64,000 nucleotides of DNA. Origin: an uncultured Bdellovibrionales bacterium. GTDB lineage: Bacteria; Patescibacteriota; Minisyncoccia; Moranbacterales; UBA1568. Each line of letters begins with the position of its first letter. Within the stretch, counting starts at the first letter, position 1. Of this stretch, positions 47,701 through 56,838 are shown in pieces. Below the pieces are notes generated by a model, which did no database searches, had not been told where the DNA came from, and saw only the letters and a program-made list of their open reading frames with translations. The stretch lies in contig CAZCNN010000001.1 in NCBI GenBank assembly GCA_964500505.1, forward strand, positions 2,621 to 66,620, read 5' to 3'. Made by a program: the position numbers and the translations under genes.

Positions 47701-47744
47701 AGGACAGCTACAAATAGCAATTAACAATCAGAGGAAACAGAGAG

Positions 47745-48908
47745 TCATCGGTTTTTATTATTCAGGAGCTGAGCAAAAACAGCAAGGTACTGACGAGCAG
47801 AGTGGTCCCAGTCGAATTTGCTTTTTACACTTTCGAATGCGTTTTGAGCAAAGGTAGCACGGAGTTCGCGATCTTCAATGAGAAGTTCGAGCTTTTCAGC
47901 GATGAGTTTTGGTTGTCTTGGAGGAATGAGAAATCCATCGTTGTTGCCAGAAATAACTTCGGGTGTACCACCGACATCGGTAGCGATGATAGCCTTGTGA
48001 CAAAGAGCGGATTCGGTCACGGAAGTAGGAAGTCCTTCGGTATAACTCGGATTAACAACGATGTGAGCAGTTTTCAAGATACTGATGGCTTCTTCAAATG
48101 GCAGATTACCAAAAAAGACAACCTGATCCGTGAGGTGGTATTCCGCAGTCATTTTTTTGAGTCGTGCTTCCTCAGGACCGCCTCCAATAATGAGCGTCAC
48201 AACATCTGTTCGTTGCGAGAGAGATAGAGCTGTGATGAGGTCATGTGTGCCTTTGCCATCGATGAGACGTCCGATAAAGGCAATGATTGTCTTGTCGCGA
48301 TAATGTTCCGCTATTTTCTGGTTAGGTGCACATCTTTCGATAGTTTCGATATTGGCACCACGATAGATAACCGAGACATCGACCCGGTCAGAAAGTTTTT
48401 TAACAAATCGTGCTGATGCTTGGGAGTTGGCGACGATACTATCAGCGTGGTGAAGAATGAAACGTCCCACGGTCCAGTCGTAGAGTTTTCCGAGCGTAGT
48501 TTTGAATTGTCCATTAAATTGGGCAAAGTCGGAACCATGCTCGATGTGCAGGAAGGGGAGTTCATGCCGGTAGGCATACCAGCAGGCCATAAGTGATGGG
48601 AAAAAGAATCTGGTGCGAGAAATCACGATATCCGGTTGTAGAGCAAAGAGAGCATGCCATTGTTGCCAAAAAGCTTTCTTCCAAAACATGGGCATAGGAT
48701 AGTTGTGGAGTGGCTCAAAAGCCAGATAGCGTACGACGTGTACTCCGTTATGACGGACTTCGTGCCCCAGAGCCTCTATTGGCAGTAGTGGAGTGAAGAC
48801 AGTAATCACGACACCTTTTGTGGAGAGGTGTCTGTTGAATTCATCGCTATGAGTCTCCAGCCCACCAATATGAGGAGGGTAGAAAGGTGAAAAAATGAGA
48901 ACTTTCAT
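47745..48908 (-). CDS. GT4-family glycosyltransferase
   Basis: LIFSPFYPPHIGGLETH is present at the N-terminus. The C-terminal motif reads NPSYTEGLPTSVTESALCHKAIIATD. Confidence 0.75.
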   Translation of the reverse strand: MKVLIFSPFYPPHIGGLETHSDEFNRHLSTKGVVITVFTPLLPIEALGHEVRHNGVHVVRYLAFEPLHNYPMPMFWKKAFWQQWHALFALQPDIVISRTRFFFPSLMACWYAYRHELPFLHIEHGSDFAQFNGQFKTTLGKLYDWTVGRFILHHADSIVANSQASARFVKKLSDRVDVSVIYRGANIETIERCAPNQKIAEHYRDKTIIAFIGRLIDGKGTHDLITALSLSQRTDVVTLIIGGGPEEARLKKMTAEYHLTDQVVFFGNLPFEEAISILKTAHIVVNPSYTEGLPTSVTESALCHKAIIATDVGGTPEVISGNNDGFLIPPRQPKLIAEKLELLIEDRELRATFAQNAFESVKSKFDWDHSARQYLAVFAQLLNNKNR

Positions 48909-51037
48909 AGTACTTCCCACAGATAAATATCATTCTCTATATCTGAGTATATCATGCGAAAACGTTCTGGGTATTGATCAAATATGAACGCTTTTTCTTC
49001 CGGACGATGGGTTTTCATATAGGGCCTATCGGTATATGGATTTTTGTTGCTTGGTGCAGAAAAGTAGATGTACTGTTTCGGAGGGATGTCTTTGTCTCGA
49101 TTGAGAATGGCTGTTTCTTCTTCAAGGGACGTGATGACTCGATTGAGTTGATTGGATTCATTTTTGGCAGAGAGAATAAAGCCCTTATCAAACAGCGCTT
49201 GCTTGTTAGCTAGATCAGCGAGTGAGTCAGAGATATTCTTTAGCTTTGTTCGGATAGCATTTGAATCGGCAGTGCTTTTGGGCATGTACTTGTCAAGATG
49301 CTGTTCCAGCGTATTTTTATCATAATAAAGTTGTGAATCAGAGTTTTCTGCTATTGTAGCTTTCGCAAAAAAAGTCAGGAGACGCTGATTGTCACTGGAG
49401 AAGATGACGTGCTTCTTGGGAAGATTTACTCTAATCCATTCGGCAGATGCAAGTTGCGCGGGGGTAATGAGGTATTTCTTGAGGTTGTTAATGTAGAGTG
49501 CTCCACCGAGGTTGATGAAGAGAGCGATAAGAAGGCAATGAGGAATGTAACGATACCAGGATGGCGTGGTGGTGCCATAAATGGTCATAAAAAGAAGCGG
49601 AATAAAGGCGAGGAGAAAAAGACTGACAAATCCGAGGGCGCGCTCCGGGAGAAGCGCAACGTTGAAGAGTCGCGGAAGAATGTCGCTCATGATAAAGAAG
49701 ACACAGAGCGAAAGGATAAGAAAGATAACCTCTTGTTTCTTGAGGAGTGCTCGAATAAGAGAGTTTCGGAGTATAAAGGGAAAAAGGAGGAGTATGAGGA
49801 GCGCAAGGGGTCCAAAATAGAATGCGTAGTACTGGAGAACACCCATTAGACCTTGCCAGCCGACACTATTACCATCGATGTTTGTGTATTGTGCAGGGAA
49901 AAGGAAATTGACTTCGGAATGAGTGATTAAGGTGACAACTTTTATGCTCCAAGATGTTGCGAAAGAAAAAAGAGGGATAAACAGAGAGAGGTTTGAAACA
50001 ATGAGTGCTCCGATGAGTCCCGTCGTGAATTTACTTTTTTGTGTGAAATTAAGAAGGGCATCTCTTTCTTCTACCAGAAGCGCTATGAGCCAAGCGATGA
50101 ATGGTATAGCTGACATCTCATGATAAAAGAATCCAATGAGAAGAATGAGTCCAGCGATGTAAAAGTATACTTTTTTATGAGAGAGTAGCGAATGGAGAGC
50201 AAAGAATAATGAGATGATGAGGAGGGAGTTGAAGATGGACTGGGGAATGGGGAGGGTAGTGTAGAGAAAAAATGACGCATTGACGAGCGGGATAAGAAAG
50301 ATAACAAGCTGAGGAATAAATCCTGAGAATCGTCTGGCAATGAGTATGGCGGGGATCAACGGAGCGATGGCAAAAAAGGGAATAAGGTACTTGAAAAATG
50401 CATAGAGATCAATGCCGGCCGATTGGTTGAAGAGGTATGTGAGAGAGGAGAAAAGTGGGCGATACGATGCGAGAGCGGAAATCACGCCCTTGGCAAATTG
50501 ATCTTGAAAAACAGTCACCCAGTAATAGGGATCGAGATCGGGAAGAGGATAGTAGGCAGTGATAATGCCAACGACAGTGGTTGAAATAATAGCAAAGGAC
50601 AGGAAGAGTGCTTTCCAAAAAGAAAAAATCGGGTCTACTGCAAAGAGTGAGCGAAGGGGCTGGGCAGGTTCCTTATTTTGGTAAAAAAACGCGAAGAGAG
50701 CAAAAGAAATGAGTGAATTGATGATGGGGAGTTCTCGAGAAAGTATGTGGAATGTATCGGATTCTATAGTGAGAAGGAGCGGAACTAAAAGAAGTGAAAA
50801 AATAAGAGTGAGGCTAAAAAACTCTACGATATCTAAAGACTGTTTGAAGAATTTCGAAAAAAGCGCAACGCTATTGAGTGCGGGAAGGGCAAACATGATG
50901 ATAAGGAGAAGTGTCGATATGCTCAGTCGAAAAAATCGAGATTCATCCGCAAATGAAAAATCGAAAAGAATGGGTACTAAAAGAGCGAAGAAAAGAATGT
51001 TCGCTCGAAAAATCCATGTAGAGAAAGAGGGGTTCAT
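48905..51037 (-). CDS. Large polytopic membrane protein with C-terminal soluble domain (possible glycan polymerase / GT-C-like)
   Basis: About 16 TMs are predicted and no catalytic motif is recognised. It is 4-bp overlapped with the downstream GT4 gene. Confidence 0.45.
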   Translation of the reverse strand: MNPSFSTWIFRANILFFALLVPILFDFSFADESRFFRLSISTLLLIIMFALPALNSVALFSKFFKQSLDIVEFFSLTLIFSLLLVPLLLTIESDTFHILSRELPIINSLISFALFAFFYQNKEPAQPLRSLFAVDPIFSFWKALFLSFAIISTTVVGIITAYYPLPDLDPYYWVTVFQDQFAKGVISALASYRPLFSSLTYLFNQSAGIDLYAFFKYLIPFFAIAPLIPAILIARRFSGFIPQLVIFLIPLVNASFFLYTTLPIPQSIFNSLLIISLFFALHSLLSHKKVYFYIAGLILLIGFFYHEMSAIPFIAWLIALLVEERDALLNFTQKSKFTTGLIGALIVSNLSLFIPLFSFATSWSIKVVTLITHSEVNFLFPAQYTNIDGNSVGWQGLMGVLQYYAFYFGPLALLILLLFPFILRNSLIRALLKKQEVIFLILSLCVFFIMSDILPRLFNVALLPERALGFVSLFLLAFIPLLFMTIYGTTTPSWYRYIPHCLLIALFINLGGALYINNLKKYLITPAQLASAEWIRVNLPKKHVIFSSDNQRLLTFFAKATIAENSDSQLYYDKNTLEQHLDKYMPKSTADSNAIRTKLKNISDSLADLANKQALFDKGFILSAKNESNQLNRVITSLEEETAILNRDKDIPPKQYIYFSAPSNKNPYTDRPYMKTHRPEEKAFIFDQYPERFRMIYSDIENDIYLWEVL

Positions 51038-51405
51038 TCGGTAATTTTTCTATCTTGCTGTTTGATATCTGCGAGGGCATCTTTTCGGGTAAGGATAGAT
51101 ATCTGTTGTTCGAGGCGCTCGATGGCGGAGAGAAGTTTGAAGATCATAAGGAAGACCAAAATGAAGCCCGTCAAAATAACAGCGTTCACATTGCCTTGTA
51201 TACCGATGATGCTGGCGAGAGTGTTGCTGAAATTCGGGAAGAGTACGATGGTGGCCATGCCACCCCAGACGATGATGCGAGTTATGAGTTTGAGGAGAGT
51301 TTGGTTGTCTTTGCCTTTGAGGAAGTTACTCGCTCCCTGATAGAGCATGAACCCAGCGAGGATTAGTATAATGACTTGGTAGAGCTGTAAGTGACTCAGA
51401 TTCAT
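51034..51405 (-). CDS. Small membrane protein, DUF2304-like (GT2-associated)
   Basis: Three TMs are followed by a C-terminal amphipathic helix. It lies next to a DPM-synthase-like GT2, as is typical for DUF2304. Confidence 0.45.
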   Translation of the reverse strand: MNLSHLQLYQVIILILAGFMLYQGASNFLKGKDNQTLLKLITRIIVWGGMATIVLFPNFSNTLASIIGIQGNVNAVILTGFILVFLMIFKLLSAIERLEQQISILTRKDALADIKQQDRKITE

Positions 51406-51415
51406 ATGCGTGCGA

Positions 51416-52087
51416 TTAAGAAATGAGGTTGAATATTATTTTGTAGATTGTTTTCAGGCCATTCACAAATCCTTGTTTCTGTACCTTTCCCATGGAGTAC
51501 TCAGTGTAGCGCACTTCGATAGGAACTTCTTTATATTTTAATTTATAAATGTATATTTCTCGAATGACTTCGCTATCGTATTCATACCGGTCGGTTTTGG
51601 TATTGATGAGTTCAGAGGCATGTCGAGAGTAGGCGCGAAATCCGGACTGACTATCAGAAACGTAGAGTCCGTAGAAGTACCATGTGAGTGCGTTGCCGAT
51701 ATGATTGGCGATTATCTTGTACCAGGGCATACCCTTGGGATTCTTCAGGCGCGTTCCAAGGACTACATCACAGTGATTCCTCGTAATTGGCTCAATGAGG
51801 CGGGCGATATCGTTTGGGTTGTGCTGACCGTCGCTATCCATGGTGACGATGATACCTGCTCCAAGCAGTTTGGCGGCTTCAATGCCAGTTTTAGTAGCGG
51901 CGCCTTTGCCCCGGTTGATGGGATGACGGAGCGATATAACTCCATCCATCGTCTGTACTTTTTCGTAGGTATCATCACTGCTGCCGTCATCAACAACAAT
52001 GATTTTTCGATATCCAACAGCTTGAATTTCCCGGAGGACATCCTGGATAACTTTGGCTTCATTGTAGGCGGGCAGAACGATCCACAT
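51416..52087 (-). CDS. GT2-family glycosyltransferase (DPM1/GtrB-like catalytic domain)
   Basis: The LPAYNEAKVI, VVDDGSSD and TMDSDGQHNP motifs are present. Confidence 0.75.
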   Translation of the reverse strand: MWIVLPAYNEAKVIQDVLREIQAVGYRKIIVVDDGSSDDTYEKVQTMDGVISLRHPINRGKGAATKTGIEAAKLLGAGIIVTMDSDGQHNPNDIARLIEPITRNHCDVVLGTRLKNPKGMPWYKIIANHIGNALTWYFYGLYVSDSQSGFRAYSRHASELINTKTDRYEYDSEVIREIYIYKLKYKEVPIEVRYTEYSMGKVQKQGFVNGLKTIYKIIFNLIS

Positions 52088-52090
52088 AGG

Positions 52091-52840
52091 CTAGTCTTTG
52101 GGAAATTGATACGCACCAGTCCAGTCATACCATTTGATTTTGAGAAGAGAGCCGAGCATATCTATTGAATCACCCAGCATACGAACATTGCTGTTTCGGA
52201 CATCCTTTCGAATTCTGACCGGTAGGACCGTTACCGTCGATTCAATTTTTTTGGCGAGAAAAAGCAATTCTGCGTCAAAGGCAAAGCGTTTGATGCGTGA
52301 CTGAGCAAAAAGCTTACAACCGACATCACGACGGAAGAGTTTGAATCCACATTGTGTGTCGGAGTATTCAAAGTTACCTAAGAGGAGCATTTGGAGCACG
52401 TAAAATCCACGAGCGAGAAGAGTACGGTACCACGGCGATGCCTCTTCGAAACGAGCACCTGGCACCAAGCGTGACGCTATAGCGATGTCACTGATTTTGA
52501 TGGCAGACATGAAGTAATCCAGTTCTTCGATTGGAATCGTCAGGTCAGCATCTATGTAAAGTATTGGATCGTAGCGAGAGGCGAGAACGCCTTCTTTGAC
52601 AGCGGCTCCCTTGCCTTGATTATGTTTGAAAGAGATCAATTTGAGAGGCATCGTCGGATTACTCTTACCAAATGCATGCACCTTGGTAGGTGTGTCATCT
52701 GGACTCCCATCTGTTATGATAATGATCTCAAATCGTTCGAAATGATCCGTGAGGTAGGAAGCGACCGAATGGATGCTATCTTCGATGACCGCAGATTCTC
52801 TGTAGCAGGGGATAATGACGGATATTTCGGGGTATTTCAT
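52091..52840 (-). CDS. GT2-family glycosyltransferase
   Basis: The VIIPCYRES, ITDGSPDDT and IDADLT motifs are present. Confidence 0.75.
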   Translation of the reverse strand: MKYPEISVIIPCYRESAVIEDSIHSVASYLTDHFERFEIIIITDGSPDDTPTKVHAFGKSNPTMPLKLISFKHNQGKGAAVKEGVLASRYDPILYIDADLTIPIEELDYFMSAIKISDIAIASRLVPGARFEEASPWYRTLLARGFYVLQMLLLGNFEYSDTQCGFKLFRRDVGCKLFAQSRIKRFAFDAELLFLAKKIESTVTVLPVRIRKDVRNSNVRMLGDSIDMLGSLLKIKWYDWTGAYQFPKD

Positions 52841-52951
52841 AATGAGAAAATCGGTGTTTCAGACGTGTTACAATAAGTATAACAGCAATTTTTAACCTCA
52901 CAAAGTCCAAGTTTATCGCTATTTGGCAGATAATGGACTTTTTGATACTAT

Positions 52952-53932
52952 ATGCGTATGAATGAAAATACTCCTTATCTTTCGGTTGTTGTTCCTCTGT
53001 ACAACGAGGAAGGGAACGTAACGGAACTGCATCGTAAGATTCGTGAGGCGGTCCAAAAAATTGGTCGGCCCTTTGAAATTATCTTTGTGGATGATGGTTC
53101 CAAGGACGGGACGCTCGCAGAGGCCAAGAGACTCTCCCCACTCAAGCTCATTGCGTTCCGCAAAAACTTTGGTCAGACGGCCGCCTTTGATGCGGGCTTC
53201 AAGGAGGCCAAAGGTGATATAATCATCACGCTTGATGGCGATCTCCAGAATGACCCAGCGGACATCCCACTCCTTCTCGAAAAAATGGCTGAAGGGTACG
53301 ACGTTGTTTCCGGATGGCGTCATCAGCGTCAGGATCCATGGAGCAAAAAGATTCCTTCTCGCATCGCGAATGCGCTCCGCAAGGTGCTTATCCAAGACAA
53401 TATCCATGATTCTGGATGTAGTCTCAAGGCTTACAAGCGAGAGTGTTTCAAAGACGTCGATCTCTTCGGTGAGATGCATCGCTTTATCCCTGCCATTCTC
53501 GAGCTTGAGGGGTACAAGGTCGGTGAGGTCAAGGTATCCCATCACCCGCGTATCCACGGTGTGACCAAGTACAACTGGAAGCGTGGTTTCAAGGGCTTTG
53601 TTGACATGGTGTCTATCTGGTTTTGGCGCAAGTACTCGCATCGACCGCTCCACCTCTTTGGAGCAACAGGTGTTATCCTCACAGCTCTTGGCGTAGCTAT
53701 CCTCATCTGGATGCTCGTCGAAAAGCTCTACTTTGGGGCGTCGCTCTCGGAGCGTATTTGGCCACTCATCGGTATCTTCTTTACCTTGGTCGGAGTACAG
53801 TTGTTTATTTCCGGGCTCCTTGCTGACATCTCAGTCCGCAACTACTACCAGGTGCGACATCGGATGAACTACAACATAAGACAGATAACAGTTAACAATG
53901 AGCAGTCAACGAAGAGCGGAAACGTGGAGTAG
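52952..53932 (+). CDS. Polyprenol-phosphate glycosyltransferase (GT2, GtrB/ArnC-like) with C-terminal TM helices
   Basis: VVVPLYNEEGN, FVDDGSKDGT and DGDLQNDP are followed by two TMs. The last ~15 codons run into the left inverted repeat of the downstream insertion. Confidence 0.75.
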   Translation: MRMNENTPYLSVVVPLYNEEGNVTELHRKIREAVQKIGRPFEIIFVDDGSKDGTLAEAKRLSPLKLIAFRKNFGQTAAFDAGFKEAKGDIIITLDGDLQNDPADIPLLLEKMAEGYDVVSGWRHQRQDPWSKKIPSRIANALRKVLIQDNIHDSGCSLKAYKRECFKDVDLFGEMHRFIPAILELEGYKVGEVKVSHHPRIHGVTKYNWKRGFKGFVDMVSIWFWRKYSHRPLHLFGATGVILTALGVAILIWMLVEKLYFGASLSERIWPLIGIFFTLVGVQLFISGLLADISVRNYYQVRHRMNYNIRQITVNNEQSTKSGNVE

Positions 53933-54341
53933 ATAACAAAGAATAGTAAAGTTCGATGGAGAAGGACATCCTAAAAACGAAGATGGACAAGCTTGCAAAA
54001 GGCGTATATATTGTTACGAAGACTTTTCCCAGAGAAGAAATATACGGACTGACTTCACAAATTCAGAGGGCTTCGTTGTCGATAATCTTGAACTATATAG
54101 AGGGATTTGCAAGACTTGGCGATAAAGAACTGAAAAACTTTTTGCAAATTTCGTATGGTTCCCTCAAAGAAACACAGTATCTCCTTTTCTTTTGTGCTCG
54201 CGAAAAATATATACCAAAGTCGGATTATGAAAAACTCATGAAGCTATCTGATGAAATAGGGGCAATGCTTTGGAAGAGGATTGGAACTGTAAAAGAAAAA
54301 ATTTCACGAGGCTGATGAGGAGGTGCTGATTGTTAACTGTT
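53888..54341. repeat. 12-bp inverted repeat bracketing the second four-helix-bundle gene
   Basis: AACAGTTAACAA at 53888-53899 pairs with TTGTTAACTGTT at 54330-54341. The GTTAAC core is self-palindromic. Confidence 0.55.
53956..54315 (+). CDS. Four-helix-bundle protein (TIGR02436-like), second copy
   Basis: It has the same family pattern as 22504-22866 (ASLSIILNYIEGFARLGDKELKNFLQISYGSLKETQYLL). Confidence 0.7.
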   Translation: MEKDILKTKMDKLAKGVYIVTKTFPREEIYGLTSQIQRASLSIILNYIEGFARLGDKELKNFLQISYGSLKETQYLLFFCAREKYIPKSDYEKLMKLSDEIGAMLWKRIGTVKEKISRG

Positions 54342-54357
54342 AATTGTTGATTGTCTT

Positions 54358-55668
54358 ATGAAAGTCACTTTCTTGGGGACGGGATATGTAGGATTGGTTT
54401 CGGGGGCTTGTTTGGCCGAGATTGGTCATGAGGTTATCTGTGCTGATATCGACAAGAAGAAGATTGCCATGCTCAAGAAGGGAATTATTCCTATTTACGA
54501 AATTGGCCTCGAAGAAATTGTGGATCGAAATGTCAAAGAGGGTAGACTTACCTTTACTACTGATCTCAAGAAAGCGATCCAAGAGTCCGAAGTAGTCTTT
54601 ATGGCGGTAGGGACCCCAGAAGACAAGGTGACTGGTCAAGCCGACCTCCAGTATGTGTTTGCCGTGGCGGAGACTTTTGGTAAGCATTTGAATGGCTATA
54701 AGCTCTTTGTCGACAAATCAACGGTGCCAGTAGGAACCGCTGAAAGAGTAGAAGAAATCATCAAAAAAGCCTCAAAGGGCAAGTATCCATTTGAGGTCGT
54801 TTCTAACCCAGAATTTCTCCGTGAAGGAGCTGCGGTTAAGGATTTTCAGAACCCGGATCGAGTAGTGCTCGGAGTGAAGTCCGACAAGGCACGGAAGATG
54901 ATGGAACAGATCTACCGCCCGATTGCGAGAAATGGTCGCCCAATTCTCTTCACGGATGTGCGGAGTGCCGAGATTATCAAGTACGCTGCCAACGCTTTTT
55001 TGGCCATGAAAATTACGTTTATCAATGAGGTAGCCAACTTCTGTGATGTGGCTGGGGGCAATGTCAAAGAAGTAGCCAAGGGTCTCGGTTATGACAATCG
55101 TATCGGAGAGCGCTTCCTCTACGCTGGTATCGGCTATGGTGGATCCTGCTTCCCGAAGGACGTGAAGGCGTTTATTGAGACGGGGCGTGAATACAACTCT
55201 CACTTTCATATCATCGAAACCGTGAGTGAAGTGAACCAGTCGCAGCGCATTAAGCCTTTCATAAAATTGAAGGAAGTATTTGGTGACAAACTCAAGGGGA
55301 AGACCATCGCGGTCTGGGGATTGGCCTTTAAGCCACGTACTGATGATACTCGAGAGGCACCTGGCATTGAAAATATCAAGCTCTTTCTCGAGGAGGGCTG
55401 CAAAGTGAGGGCTTTTGATCCGGTGGCGATGCCGAATACCAAGAAGCAACTACAGCACAAGAACCTGACCTATACCAAAAAAGCTCTCGATGCTCTAAAG
55501 GGTGCTGATGTCCTTGTTATTGCGACAGAGTGGGATGAATTCCGCGTCGTGAGCTATGCTGATTTGAAGAAACAGATGAAGGGAACAATTATCTATGACG
55601 GTCGCAATGTCCTTGAGCGCTCTGAGGCTGAAGCCCACGGTTTTACCTATTACGGTATCGGGGTGTAA
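54358..55668 (+). CDS. ugd: UDP-glucose 6-dehydrogenase family (NDP-sugar dehydrogenase)
   Basis: The FLGTGYVGLVSGACLAE Rossmann motif is present. The catalytic Cys region GGSCFPKD and a C-terminal UDP-binding domain are also present. Confidence 0.85.
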   Translation: MKVTFLGTGYVGLVSGACLAEIGHEVICADIDKKKIAMLKKGIIPIYEIGLEEIVDRNVKEGRLTFTTDLKKAIQESEVVFMAVGTPEDKVTGQADLQYVFAVAETFGKHLNGYKLFVDKSTVPVGTAERVEEIIKKASKGKYPFEVVSNPEFLREGAAVKDFQNPDRVVLGVKSDKARKMMEQIYRPIARNGRPILFTDVRSAEIIKYAANAFLAMKITFINEVANFCDVAGGNVKEVAKGLGYDNRIGERFLYAGIGYGGSCFPKDVKAFIETGREYNSHFHIIETVSEVNQSQRIKPFIKLKEVFGDKLKGKTIAVWGLAFKPRTDDTREAPGIENIKLFLEEGCKVRAFDPVAMPNTKKQLQHKNLTYTKKALDALKGADVLVIATEWDEFRVVSYADLKKQMKGTIIYDGRNVLERSEAEAHGFTYYGIGV

Positions 55669-55671
55669 AGT

Positions 55672-56832
55672 ATGAAAATTCTGTTTCTCAACTACGAGTA
55701 TCCGCCACTTGGCGGTGGGGCGGCCAATGCTACTGCCTGTATCCTCGAGGAGTGGATCACCGACGAGACACTCGAGGTGCATCTCGTGACATCAAGTACG
55801 GGGGGCACGCTCGAGACGACTACGCCTGGTGGTAGGGTGCATATTCACCGCCTGCCTATCGGCAAGAATGCCCATAATCTGCATCATCAGTCCATCAAGG
55901 ACCTCCTCATGTATAGTCTGCGTGGCTATTGGTATGCCCGTCGCCTCATCCGTGACCAGGAGGTACCATTTGATGCAACGCTTGCCTTTTTTGGGGTACC
56001 CTGTGGCTTCATGACGCTTCTTCTCCGACTCGAATTTGGTCTGTCATATATCGTGGCGCTCCGAGGATCAGATGTCCCCGGGTATAGTCTCAAGTATAAT
56101 TGGCTCTATCCACTCATCCGTCCCATCATTCGGGTGATTTGGTCTCGAGCCACGGCGGTTGTCCCAAATAGCGTGGGACTCGCCGAGCTCGCCACGCAAA
56201 CGGCTCCCAAACAGACATTTACCATTATCGAAAACGGAGTCGATATTAGACGCTTTGTGCCCGACCAGAGTAAGCGTAGCCCCGATAAATTTATCATCAC
56301 TTCTGGAGCATCGCGCGTGACCGAACGAAAGGGACTCAATTTCCTCATTGAAGCGGTGGCACTCCTCGCACCGAAGTACCCAACACTTCGCCTCAAAGTG
56401 ATGGGGGATGGGAGTGCGCGACCGGCTCTCGAAGCTCTGGTGAAGGAGCGTGGTCTCGAAGGCAAGGTTGTCTTCTTGGGACGCATCCCTCGCGAAGAGA
56501 CCTCCGCGTACTATCAAGAAGCCTCACTCTTTGTGCTCCCATCACTGAACGAGGGGATGTCGAACGCTATGCTCGAAGCACTCGCCACAGGCCTCCCAAT
56601 TATCGCTACGCCGACTGGTGGTACGGCCGAGCTCGTGACTGAGGGCAAGAATGGTACTGTGGTGCCCGAGCAGTCTGTGACGGCGCTCGTCCAGGCTATT
56701 GAACCGTTTCTCAGGCATCCTGAGCTCGTGACCGCGTATGGGACAGAAAGTCGCAAGCGGGCCGAAGCCCAAGGCTGGGATATCGTGGCACACCGTTTTA
56801 AGCAAGTATTGGAATCGACGACCCGCTCGTAA
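55672..56832 (+). CDS. GT4-family glycosyltransferase
   Basis: LNYEYPPLGGGAANA is at the N-terminus. PSLNEGMSNAMLEALATGLPIIATPTGG is at the C-terminus. Confidence 0.75.
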   Translation: MKILFLNYEYPPLGGGAANATACILEEWITDETLEVHLVTSSTGGTLETTTPGGRVHIHRLPIGKNAHNLHHQSIKDLLMYSLRGYWYARRLIRDQEVPFDATLAFFGVPCGFMTLLLRLEFGLSYIVALRGSDVPGYSLKYNWLYPLIRPIIRVIWSRATAVVPNSVGLAELATQTAPKQTFTIIENGVDIRRFVPDQSKRSPDKFIITSGASRVTERKGLNFLIEAVALLAPKYPTLRLKVMGDGSARPALEALVKERGLEGKVVFLGRIPREETSAYYQEASLFVLPSLNEGMSNAMLEALATGLPIIATPTGGTAELVTEGKNGTVVPEQSVTALVQAIEPFLRHPELVTAYGTESRKRAEAQGWDIVAHRFKQVLESTTRS

Positions 56833-56838
56833 TACGTT

